DNA from: Candidatus Bathyarchaeota archaeon
GTDB lineage: Archaea; Thermoproteota; Bathyarchaeia; 40CM-2-53-6
Direction: 5' to 3'
NCBI GenBank assembly: GCA_963833125.1
Contig: CAWHWX010000016.1
Location: 384,001-448,000, forward strand
DNA length: 64,000 bases
Shown: positions 54,207 through 64,000 of the stretch, one piece after another
Numbering within the stretch: position 1 is the first letter of the stretch
Layout of the letters: each line of letters begins with the position of its first letter
Notes under the pieces: generated by a model
Told to the model about the DNA's origin: nothing
The model's input: the letters and a program-made list of their open reading frames with translations, nothing else
Databases searched by the model: none
Position numbers and translations under genes: made by a program

Positions 54207-54743
54207 ATGAAAGCTAAGAGTTCAATCAATATCGCATTGACCGCAGTATTCGCCGCACTTTATTCTCTAGGCGTAGTATTTCTTGCCCCGATCAGTTTTC
54301 AAATCTTCCAAGTTAGAGTAGCAGATGCCCTGCTGCCTCTCGCTATGCTATTTGGTTGGCCTGCCGTTCTAGGACTATCGCTAGGTGCTTTCGTGGCAAA
54401 CATATTCGGCGGTCTTGGGCCGGTCGATATGATCGGAGGTTCCGTAGCGAATTTCATAGCGACATTCGTTGCCTGGCGATTGGTAGCCAGTAGGGGAAGG
54501 CGTTGGGCGTTGGTTGGGGTTGGGGCGGAGATTGTTATCGTCACGCTTGTGGTTGGGTCCTACTTGAGCTACTTGCTCGCTATGCCGATAGAAATTAGCT
54601 GGTTAGGGGTCTTCCTTGGAAGCGTAATCGCGATTGGAGTGCTCGGATCGATACTGTTCTTTGCACTCTCAACCGAAAGAATTGCAGCCCTGTTGAGGTC
54701 ATACGGTCTAGGAATCTACACGCAGCGGCCCGAGAAGAAGTAG
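54207..54743 (+). CDS. queT: QueT-family transporter (ECF S-component-like)
   Basis: AVFAALY, PISFQIFQVRVADAL, GLSLGAFVANIFG, GPVDMIGG. Confidence 0.85.
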   Translation: MKAKSSINIALTAVFAALYSLGVVFLAPISFQIFQVRVADALLPLAMLFGWPAVLGLSLGAFVANIFGGLGPVDMIGGSVANFIATFVAWRLVASRGRRWALVGVGAEIVIVTLVVGSYLSYLLAMPIEISWLGVFLGSVIAIGVLGSILFFALSTERIAALLRSYGLGIYTQRPEKK

Positions 54744-54750
54744 GAAGGAT

Positions 54751-55430
54751 TCACCTCTTCGGTCTGGAGCTGATGCGCGAGGTCTTCGAGAGTAGAGTAT
54801 TCGGATCGCGAGCGAGCCGCCGCATGATTCGGATTGGTGGGGGCGCAGGTGGACGGCCTCGCAGGACCATTCGATCAATCCACAGAGTCGTCGGTGGTTC
54901 GACATTCAACTGCCACAACATCGCCTCAACTTCGCCAAGGTGGAGTAAGTGCTCCGTCGTGCACTGCGCTAGGGCTGCCTCGCGAGTTACCTTCAGAGGA
55001 TGCCCGAGCCGAACCCAACGGACGACTTTCTGAAGCGCTTGCTCGTTGTCCCATCGTGATAAGTAGTTCTCGGACAGGTCGGTGATAGTGCGCAGACGCT
55101 CTCTGACAGAGGCAATGTCGTTATACCGCCGCTTTGACACTTGGCAGAATCGTTGGGCCACGGCTCCGCTATACCCTGGCAGAATTTCGTTATGTGATGT
55201 TCCTCGACGTACGCGAGATGGAGAAACAGATTTCGAAACGAATTGAGGCTGACTTCCCGATTTCGAGTAAATTCCTTCCAACCAAGACTCGCGGCGGTCT
55301 CGAAGAAGTCGCCTCTTAGTTCATGCACAAACCGCAAGAGAGCGATTATGTTGACCTTCGTTCGGCGAGTCGGACCGTCGAAGTTTTTCCCAGTCAAGCC
55401 CATATTCTCCAGCACTGATTGGCGCGCCAA
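54751..55430 (-). CDS. DinB/YfiT-family protein; frameshift near 55140 (start uncertain)
   Basis: SFRNLFLHLAYVEEH and TEHLLHLGEVEAMLWQLNVEPP. Confidence 0.7.
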
Positions 55431-55514
55431 TGATAATTAGCTGTTTTCGCTTCCGTAGAATGTTGAGATATGGAATCGATAGAGTTTGATGCAAGGCTGT
55501 TCAGGTTGGTACCG

Positions 55515-56041
55515 TTGAGAGGTAGTCTGCGATCGCATCCATTCAACTGATCCTTGGCGACATCACGGGGCAGAGGGTAGACGCAATTGTGAACGCTGCG
55601 AATACAAGTCTGCTCGGTGGCGGTGGTGTGGATGGAGCGATTCATCGAGCTGCGGGTCCTAGACTGCTTGAGGAATGCCGTAAGCTGGGAGGTTGTCCAA
55701 CTGGTCAAGCGAAAATAACCACGGGAGGCAATTTACCCGCTAAATTTGTCATTCATACCGTTGGCCCGATCTGGAGAGGGGGCGAGAATCAGGAAGATCA
55801 ACAACTACGTGCCTGCTACTTGAATTCTATGAAACTCGCAGAGCAGAATGGGGTTCGAACAATCGCTTTCCCATCAATTAGCACAGGCGCTTATGGATTC
55901 CCGATTGAGAGAGCCTCAAGAATCGCTGTAGCCACCGTCCGCGAATGCCTCGATAAAACGCCACACGTTCAAACCGTTCTCTTCGTCTGTTTTTCCCAAT
56001 CCGACTATGAAGTTTACCAAGAAGCGCTCAAGGCGGAATAA
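55515..56041 (+). CDS. Macrodomain O-acetyl-ADP-ribose deacetylase (YmdB-like); start uncertain
   Basis: [41 protein letters not shown]. Confidence 0.93.
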
Positions 56042-56059
56042 GTTCGCGAGATCTGCGTG

Positions 56060-56850
56060 CTAAGAGTTTAGTTCGGCTTTGAAGACTGTTACCGCCTTGC
56101 CGCCGATGAAAACTCTTCTATCCCCCACTCTAACCCGGATTACACCGCCTCGCCTCGAAGCCTGGTAGGCTAAGAGTTCACTCTTGTGAAGCCTGGATTG
56201 CCAGAACGGTCCCAGGACTGAGTGGGCGGATCCGGTTACTGGGTCTTCATTGATTCCTGCTCGGGGGGCGAAGAAGCGGCTGACGAAGTCGTATGGTTCT
56301 GTTTTGGCTTTGGCGGTTACGATGAGCCCGCGGATGGGAAGTTTGGAGAGCAGGGTCAAGTCGGGTTTCATGCTGCGAACAGAATTCTCTGAACTGACTT
56401 CGACAATAGAATCGAACCTGCTTCTTCCCATGTACCTGGGCTTGACTCCAAGTGCCTTTGACAACCCTTTGGGAACCTTAACTTGTCTGTCCGGCAGGGA
56501 TGGGAAATCAAGTTCGATCCATTCGTCTCGCCGTTTCGCGGTTAGGAGGCCACTATGCGTGTGAAACCTGGCCTTATCCTCAAGACCAAGCAGCCCAGTC
56601 TCCCAGAGGATATGAGCACTGGCAAGGGTTGCGTGTCCACAGAGGTCAACCTCGACTAACGGCGTGAACCATCGCAAACCATACCCGTCCTCCCTCTTAT
56701 GGAGGAATGCCGTTTCGGACAGGTTCATTTCCTGAGCTACCTTCTGCATCCACCCTCACTACGCGGTTCCTGCAGGATGCATACGGCGGCTGGGTTGCCG
56801 CCAAACACCGTATCCGTAAAGGCGTCAACGTGAAAGATCGTCAGACCCAT
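56060..56850 (-). CDS. PhzF-family isomerase; frameshift near 56755
   Basis: VDAF, GGNPAAVC, NLSETAF, EVDLCGHATLA, EDPVTGSAH. Confidence 0.92.
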
Positions 56851-56971
56851 ATTCTCGGGGATAAGGATGCGGGCGTATAACCTTTGATTCTATTTCTGGT
56901 CATGGTAAGCTGCCGTTCCCTCCTGAAAACAGTGCCGCATTGGGTAAGCCATGAATGTCTGAAAAAGCATG

Positions 56972-57831
56972 CTATCTGCTTGAGCGATCATATTTTCTTA
57001 GAACATTCGGAAGGGCCTCGATAAGGTCGGAGGCGACCATATGGAATCCCTTCTGTTCGTAAACGATGTCCCCCGCCGCGCCATGAATGTACGCTCCCGC
57101 TACAGCTGCGGAGAATAGTTCGACACCTTGTGCGAGAAAAGCCCCGATTATTCCTGATAAAACGTCGCCAGCTCCGGCGGTAGCCATTCCAGGATTCCCA
57201 GTATGGTTAACCTTCGCTCGGCTTCCGTCCGTAACAATAGTGTCGTGTCCTTTCAGGAGAAGCACGCAACCATGTTCCTTGGCGAAATTCTTGCAAATAG
57301 GCAACCTATCCCGCCACAGTTGAGGCGCTTCCACACCGGAGATTGCTTTGAACTCACCCGCTGAGGCGTAATGAGAACGCCTTTGAGCGATTCCTTTGCG
57401 TCAGCGAGCGCTCGGATGGCGTCGGCGTCAATTAGGAGTAACTTGCCTAGCTTGCGAGTCTCCTTGACGATCAGCGGGATCGCTTGAATGGTTTCGGGGT
57501 GACGTCCGATTCCGGGACCTAACACAACGGCATCAGAGGCTGCAAGTAACCCAGAGAGTTGCTCGATCTGTTCAGAGTTGACTACGTCGCCGTGCAGTGA
57601 ATGTACGATCAGGTTGGGGGAATATCCACGAATGGTCGGAGCAACGGGTTTCGGTGCTGCAATAATCGCTAAGCCTACTCCGGTTCTTAGGGCGGCCATT
57701 CCAGCTAAGGCTGGAGCGCCAGAATAGACATCACTACCGCCTATGATTAGCAGGCATCCGAAATCTCTCTTAGACGCATACCGGCCTCTCGCCTTGACTA
57801 CGCCTCTAACGTCTCCAGGGCCAGAATACAC
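56972..57831 (-). CDS. nnrD: ADP-dependent NAD(P)H-hydrate dehydratase; frameshift near 57360
   Basis: IGGSDVYSGAP, GPGIG, IDADA, LLKG, GNPGMATAGAGDVLSG. Confidence 0.9.
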
Positions 57832-57972
57832 ATCCCATCCCCACGGTTGACTTGGACGGTATGTAGACGCCGCTTAACTTCTGCCTTGCCTCTTGGAGAG
57901 TAACTCACCTTTACCGACGGAACACAAAAAACGGTGTTCTCACCACAATTCGAACGAGGCGTTATCGCGGAG

Positions 57973-59690
57973 ATGAAGAACCAGCTCGTAGCTCAGATTC
58001 TTAACGAAGTCGCCGACATGCTCGATATGCAGGGCGTCGAGTTCAAACCACGTGCATACCGCAGGGCCGCACGAACCATAGAATCGCTTGGTGAACCCAT
58101 AGAAGAAGTGTACGCGAAAGGCAAACTCGAAGAGCTACCTGGTGTCGGCGAAGCCATCGCCAAGAAAATCGGAGAGATAATCGAGACTGGCTCACTGAAG
58201 TACCGTGACGAACTCAAGGCAAAGACACCAATGGATTTGGAAGGCATACTGGCGGTGGAAGGAATCGGGCCAAAGACCGCGGCCGTACTTTTCAAGAGGC
58301 TGGGAATAAAGTCGCTAGATGATCTCGAACGTGCAGCAAAAGAACATAAAATCAGAGAGATCAAGCGGTTGGGACCGAAGACTGAAGAGAACATACTCAG
58401 CAGCATCGAACTCGCCAAGAAGAGTAAAGCCCGCATACTACTTGGGGACGCGCTCCCAGTTGCTGAAGAAATATGCAAACACCTACGCGGCAACAAGAAA
58501 GGGGAAGCAACCCAGGTCGAAGCAGCAGGGTCCTTGCGAAGAATGAAGGAAACCATCGGTGACATCGACATACTCGCAACTTCGCCTCACCCGACTCAAT
58601 TGTCTGACACCTTCACCAAAATGTCAGACGTTCGAAAAGTTCTTGAAAAAGGAGAAACCAAATCATCAATCCTCCTACAAAGCAACCTTCAGGTCGATCT
58701 TCGCATCGTAGAACAACAGAGCTTCGGCTCGGCATTGATGTACTTCACAGGGTCGAAGGATCATAACATAGCGCTACGAAAACTCGCCATATCCCAGGGC
58801 CTCAAGCTCAGCGAATATGGTTTGTTCAAAGGCGACGCATCCAGTGGCGGGGCGCACCGAGGAGGAAGTCTACAAGAAACTCGGCCTGGATTACATTCCA
58901 CCCGAACTCAGGGAGGACCGAGGAGAAGTTGACGCGGCGATGAAGCATGAACTCCCCGACCTGATTCCCTACGACGCGATACAGGGAGATCTGCAAATGC
59001 ACACCAAGTGGAGTGATGGGCAGAGGACTATCGAGGAGATGGCTCAAGCCGCAAAAACCTTGGGCTATTCATACATCGCGATAACCGACCATTACAGCAC
59101 AATGCCAATCGTCAACGGCCTCAACGAACTGCGCTTGCGACGAGCAAATGAAGGAAATAGACCACGTAAACCAAAAGTTAGAAGGAATTACAGTTCTCAA
59201 AGGGGCTGAAGTGGATATTGCACCCGACGGCGAATTGAAAGGTGAAGAATCTGTCTTGCGAGAGTTGGATCTAGTCGTTGGGAGTATCCACGGAACTTTC
59301 AAACAAACGAAAAAGCAGATGACTCAACGTCTAATCACGACAATGGAAAGCGGCCTCGTTAACATCATCGGCCATCCAACGAGCAGAAAGATAAACGAAA
59401 AGAATCCATGTGAAATGGATTTCGATGAAATCTTCGAAGCTTCAAAACGAACCGGAACCTATCTTGAAATAAATTCATCTCCCCATCGACTCGACTTAGA
59501 CGACGCGAACGCCAGACTGGCTTTGAAAGCAAGGTGCAAACTCGCCATAAACACAGATGCTCATGACACAGATGAGTTGAGGAATATTCGGTTCGGAATT
59601 GGTGTGGCTCGAAGAGGCTGGTTGAGCCGAGCCGACGTGATTAACACAATGCCCTTAGAGAAACTGAAGACGATCCTGAAAAGGCACTGA
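57973..59690 (+). CDS. polX: DNA polymerase X with PHP domain; two frameshifts
   Basis: HhH LPGVGE, GSLRR, GDIDIL, VDLR, YFTGSKDHN; PHP MHTKWSDG, TDH, GHPT, TDAH. Confidence 0.93.
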
Positions 59691-59756
59691 ATAAGTGAAA
59701 GAATTCTCCAAAGTTTTATATTTAAAACGGACTAATCCGACTCTGAGGCAACCTCA

Positions 59757-60121
59757 GTGGACATTAGTCGGCACGATTATTCACCTAGTAATTGCTGGTA
59801 TTATTGGCGGAATTTTCGTCTGGCTTGCCGCAAAAGCACTGGGCGCACCTCGGGCGTCATATTGGCACGGCATTTTGACGGTTGTCTGGGCGATCATACT
59901 CACCGATATTATTGGCTATTTCATCGGCGGGTTGGGGATGGATTACGACAATAATCGAGATCGTCATAATCCTACTGTTGATCAAGCACTTCTTCGGTGT
60001 TGGCTGGATTAAGGCGATTGTAATCGCAATACTTGCTGTGATCATACTGATCATAGTGCTCTTCGTACTAGCGGCGATTGGAATCACAGTACTCGGCGGA
60101 ATGTTCCCGGGCCTCCCATAG
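59757..60121 (+). CDS. Multi-TM membrane protein; frameshift(s)
   Basis: Hydrophobic segments across frames; LIKHFFGVGWIKAIVIAI. Confidence 0.55.
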
Positions 60122-60165
60122 GCTGGATAGGGAGAAAGCGACGACTCGGCCTCACGTACTGGACC

Positions 60166-60465
60166 TCAAAGCTGAGATCTAGAAGTAGCCGATAACGCTA
60201 AGCGACTTACGATTCCTGAGTCGAAACTAGTTGCATTCTTCCGGCGGGCGAATCGTCGTCCCACCACAATGAAACTCCCTAACACTAAGCCGGCCAGTAC
60301 TGATTCTGGGGGGAAGCCTGGTATCGCAACCACCATAACGTTTCCTCTACCCTGCATAATCAAGAAAATTATGACTACTAGCGATATGAGGCTCAGAAGC
60401 GTGATTACTAGCAAAATGATGCCTACAGGCCCTCTGTCGCGGACAACCACTACCATATTTTCCAC
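60166..60465 (-). CDS. Minimal membrane protein with IPGFP-TM-basic motif
   Basis: TM helix then AIPGFPPESVLAGLVLG..RRFARRK. Confidence 0.55.
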   Translation of the reverse strand: MENMVVVVRDRGPVGIILLVITLLSLISLVVIIFLIMQGRGNVMVVAIPGFPPESVLAGLVLGSFIVVGRRFARRKNATSFDSGIVSRLALSATSRSQL

Positions 60466-60676
60466 CGATTAGCAGATCTTGCAGATTGGACGGTAAGGAC
60501 TTTTCGTTGCCACAAGAGATGGAAAGGGCAAACACCACCCACTGCACTATTGCAGTAGGTTGAACAACCAACTTTTACACGGCAAGACAACCCCCCCAAT
60601 ATTCGTAGCGCAAATGAAATCCTCTTGAACTCACTTGGTAGAGGGGCTGGTCTGGAGGTCGTTTCTTTGCCTTTTG

Positions 60677-61379
60677 TTAAAGGTAGAGATACGTGATGTT
60701 CACTGTTGCAGTGACTTGTTGTGGTCCGGAGTTTATCGGCGTCGGCTGTTTGGTCCCACTAGTGTTGCCGTATATGATTGGTTGTGGGACAATGCCGTAG
60801 CCATAGTTGGTCGATACAGAAGCGACTCCGAGAATCACCCCTCCTAATCCGCTAACTATCGCTGACGCTTGTGAGTTGGCGTCCTGGACCGCTTTATGAT
60901 ACGCTTGGCCTTGCAAGGTGTTGTAATTCGGGTCGCTGAACGTGAAGGAAATTCCGTCAATCTCATTTGCTCCCGCTTGTACTGCCGCGGTCGATGATTC
61001 TTCCGACGTTCGGTAAATTCTCAGTTCCAGTAACGATTACCTCCATTGAATTCAAGGCAACGTAACCGACGACCTCACTGTAATTGTATGCATCGTATGT
61101 TGGCGAGAGTGAGTAAGAGAGTGTCTTGATGTCGCTCTTGTTGACTCCGAGAGCAGCAAGCGAAACAAAGACCGCATTCGCCTGAACTCCGTTCTCCGCC
61201 GCCGCTTTGGCTGCAGATGAGTCTTGCGTGCGAATTGAAAACATTATGTCCGCTTCGTCGGGATACGCTGTTACGGTTCCTGTCCCGGTGACGCTGATTC
61301 TCGGCACCGCGACGAAGTACAGAAAAGACGCCAGGATAACTATGCCAACTAATCCTATGCCGATCATTCGTTTCTTCAT
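60677..61379 (-). CDS. SIMPL (DUF541) domain protein; frameshift near 60985
   Basis: ISVTGTGTVTAYPD, DIKTLSYSLSPTY, QVTATVNITY. Confidence 0.85.
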
Positions 61380-61476
61380 TGCGATCGAATTATCATACTT
61401 CTAATTGACCTAATAGTCTAGGCAATAGAACATGGTCGCATCACTGTTCTAATTCATAGTACCTATCATCTGAGGC

Positions 61477-62466
61477 TCAGTGGGTTCTACGATTGACCAA
61501 CTTCTTCCAGACTGGGCCAAAACAGTTCTGGGGTATCATGAGGCCTACGACCCAGTTGGGCTTATCCACAATCTCGTGTATTCTTAGATCCCCGGCTACG
61601 CTACAGAATATGTACGCCTCCTCCCTACTGATCCCGGCGCTTTCAGTTAGTTCGAAAATCATTCTGCTAATTGCTTGCCTGCACGCATCCATCAAGTCCG
61701 TCGCTATGCCCGTCGTCACGTAACTTCTCCCAACGGGACCCTCGGCCGCTGTGAAATAGTGTGGGGCCTCAAGGTTTGATCCCCTAATCAAACTGATTCG
61801 CACGGTGACTGCTCCGGGGCATTCGATGGCCGTCACGCAAACCTCCCCATCCCCCTGAGCTGCGTGAACGTCGCCGACTGAAAACAGGCCACCGTCCACC
61901 TGAACTGGGAGCAGGAGTCTACTTCCAGCGGTCAGATGGCGTATGTCCATATTGCCGCCATGAAATCCAGGGGGCATGACCTCCGTGGGCTGGTCGAGGT
62001 CCGGTGCCACTCCCATCACTCCGCAAAACGGCCTATACCGGACTCTCAACCCGTTCTTGAAATCCACCCAACTTTTCTTACTGATCTTCCACGTCCACAG
62101 GAAGGGTTCGTTGAATCCATCGAGCGCTCCAAGTCCGGGAATCACTGCGGACCAGCCCCAATCAGCAGTATTGACTTTCAATATGTCAACCATCAACGCG
62201 TCGCCTTTTCCAGCGCCCTTCACGCGGACTGGTCCAGTAAGAGGATAGAACTTGGCCACGTCAAGTTTGCTGATCTCACTGCTCGTGCTTTTCCGAGTTA
62301 ATTGGGACGACGTAACCTCATGAATCTGGAAGGTAACACGGTCGCCCGAATCGATCTCTAGGACGGGTTTATGGTTTTTGTTCCACATGTAGTGGGAGCT
62401 TTCCTTCTTCACGAGATAGGAATGTGGCAAGTTTTCTCTGCTAACAAAAGTTGCAAGCGTCGCCAC
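61477..62466 (-). CDS. Acetamidase/formamidase family protein
   Basis: LTGPV, PFCGVMGVAP, HGGNMD, GDVHAAQGDGEVC. Confidence 0.92.
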   Translation of the reverse strand: MATLATFVSRENLPHSYLVKKESSHYMWNKNHKPVLEIDSGDRVTFQIHEVTSSQLTRKSTSSEISKLDVAKFYPLTGPVRVKGAGKGDALMVDILKVNTADWGWSAVIPGLGALDGFNEPFLWTWKISKKSWVDFKNGLRVRYRPFCGVMGVAPDLDQPTEVMPPGFHGGNMDIRHLTAGSRLLLPVQVDGGLFSVGDVHAAQGDGEVCVTAIECPGAVTVRISLIRGSNLEAPHYFTAAEGPVGRSYVTTGIATDLMDACRQAISRMIFELTESAGISREEAYIFCSVAGDLRIHEIVDKPNWVVGLMIPQNCFGPVWKKLVNRRTH

Positions 62467-62621
62467 TATTTAACATCCGCATAAGTATCGCGTCTGTCGG
62501 CATCACATCCAGCAGACATCTCCGGCTAGTCTTCAGCGTTTTCCATCAGAAATTTGGAAGGGAGCTACATCTATTGGTGGACCTTTCAAAATCGGACTGT
62601 CGTTGTTTGAAAAGTGTGTGT

Positions 62622-63268
62622 GCGCACCATTAGTACCACACACACGAAGAAGTCCCACTCAAGCGACGATAAGACGCCATTAGTTCGCAATAGTGATTGA
62701 TGGAATTCTTATATGACATGAATGTAGTGCAGGAAATAACTATGCCACCAACTGAGGAGAATTGAATAATGGGAAAACGAAATCAAGTTCAGCATGTTAT
62801 CGAGTGGACTATCTCCGCCGGAAAAGCCGATGCCTTCAAAAATAGTGTCAGAATAATTTCAATTATGATCTCGGTTATTATCTTTTACACTTTTCTAGCA
62901 AGTCAATTAGGCAGAAATGTCTGGACGAGTACACTTCTAATGGTTCTGTTTGGTGTCATCGGAATAGCTGGACTTGTTAAACTTAGAAATCCTGTAATCT
63001 TAGAACTTGGTGCTATTGGTTTTGTGGCGGATATAGTGTGGGAGCTTTATGGAACTAGAAATCGATTGTGGAATTATTATCATTCGCCGTTTTACATGAT
63101 AGGTGGAACTTTGCCAATAGAAATAGCAGTGCTATACTTTTTCTTAGGGATGACTGCAGCTGTTTATGCGCTATACAGATTGGAAAAAAAGTGAATAGTG
63201 AAGGATCGCATTCAATCTGCTCCTATCAGTCACATAGTCCGGTGGTGTGTGTGGGTCTAATGGTGCGC
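62622..63268. repeat. 24-bp inverted repeats flanking one AT-rich gene
   Basis: gcgcaccattagtaccacacacac (62622-62645) vs reverse complement of 63245-63268 gcgcaccattagacccacacacac, 22/24. Confidence 0.75.
62769..63194 (+). CDS. Four-TM membrane protein, AT-rich
   Basis: Hydrophobic helices, WELYG..LWNY, LPIEI. Confidence 0.6.
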   Translation: MGKRNQVQHVIEWTISAGKADAFKNSVRIISIMISVIIFYTFLASQLGRNVWTSTLLMVLFGVIGIAGLVKLRNPVILELGAIGFVADIVWELYGTRNRLWNYYHSPFYMIGGTLPIEIAVLYFFLGMTAAVYALYRLEKK

Positions 63269-63475
63269 CGCCCCCGCCGCCGCCGGCGTTACGGTAGGTA
63301 CGACGACGACCACGACGAACAACTACGACGACGCTAATACGAACGAGGGTAGGAACGACGACGAAGCGGCGATGAATTATAAATTATAGAACTTGAACGA
63401 CATGAAAGCTACAATACGGCGGCGAAATCGACAAGTCGGATAGTTATTTTAAGACGCCTTTTTTCTAGGCTTGAG

Positions 63476-63694
63476 TTGGTGGAGTATTTGACATTCCCAA
63501 GAATCATTCGTGAGCAAAAGCAAGAGCTGAGGCGCCTCAAACAAGAGGAAAACGCCCTGCGACGAATTGGGCTCAAGCGTATAGGCAACAGCGATTGGTA
63601 TGAGTGCATAAAATGTGGGAAAACATGGAACTCGAAAAAAAGCCCGACACCTTGGACCTGCCCAAATAAATGTAATGAAAACGTCTCTAGTTGA
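63476..63694 (+). CDS. Small coiled-coil plus zinc-ribbon protein (MGE/virus-like)
   Basis: CIKCGKTW..K...P..CPNKC. Confidence 0.5.
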   Translation: MVEYLTFPRIIREQKQELRRLKQEENALRRIGLKRIGNSDWYECIKCGKTWNSKKSPTPWTCPNKCNENVSS

Positions 63695-63791
63695 CACCTC
63701 TGATAGTCACTCAGTTCCGCAACGCACACAACGCAGCATCATGCTAAACCTGTATGCTCTGCAATAACGCAACCTTACAGCAAACCTCACC

Positions 63792-64000
63792 TTACGGATA
63801 GTTCTTTCTTAGCGTTTCAACGAATCCTCTCAAAGCATTCAAAGTGTACTCACAAAGTGTGGGAATATCATCATTCGGCCAGTCTTGTAGAAAGTATTGC
63901 CTTTGGGGTGGAAAATCCAGCTTTTTAGGCTGAGGGGTTGAGGGTGAGTGAGCAGTAGAAATCACATTGCCTTTTTCATCCCTTGCCACAAGATATGCAT
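63792..64000 (-). CDS. Hypothetical protein, 5'-truncated by window
   Basis: Open frame running to the window edge. Confidence 0.4.
   Translation of the reverse strand, partial: AYLVARDEKGNVISTAHSPSTPQPKKLDFPPQRQYFLQDWPNDDIPTLCEYTLNALRGFVETLRKNYP

Noticed and set aside
63068-63337. ORF ending in RRPRRRRRYGRYDDDHDE
   Set aside because: Overlaps a better ORF and derives from the low-complexity tract
1-64000. Widespread frameshifts read as programmed frameshifting or mass pseudogenisation
   Set aside because: They hit essential genes (mcm, cdc6, rfcL, purB) as single-base indels without accumulated stop codons, which is typical of long-read consensus error; read-level polishing would confirm

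Overview
Archaeal chromosomal DNA, most consistent with a TACK lineage such as Bathyarchaeia (inferred from gins23-mcm linkage, a PolB1-type polymerase, a Cren7-like protein and IPEYP/IPGFP C-terminal anchors). Many genes, including essential ones (mcm, cdc6, rfcL, purB), are split by single-base frameshifts, most simply explained as long-read indel errors. The window holds a replication cluster (hel308-mcm-gins23 / rfcS-rfcL / moaBC-cdc6), housekeeping and transport genes, and a glycosylation operon. Four things stand out. (1) Directly upstream of cdc6 is a tandem array of degenerate IS6-like elements: GG-terminated inverted ends abut across 8-9 bp spacers, and most units keep the transposase 3' tail followed by a different cargo gene; a second cluster lies at 32-35 kb. 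(2) A structured 5' leader with an anti-Shine-Dalgarno switch precedes a QueT-family transporter and is a candidate archaeal preQ0/preQ1-type riboswitch. (3) A defence island next to a tRNA-Ser 3' fragment encodes TIR, HEPN and Mrr-NACHT proteins. (4) A PolB1-like polymerase lacking its whole proofreading domain follows three Zn-ribbon genes, and one exact 21-bp direct repeat brackets (3) and (4). All calls are by-eye motif recognition; no database searches were run.
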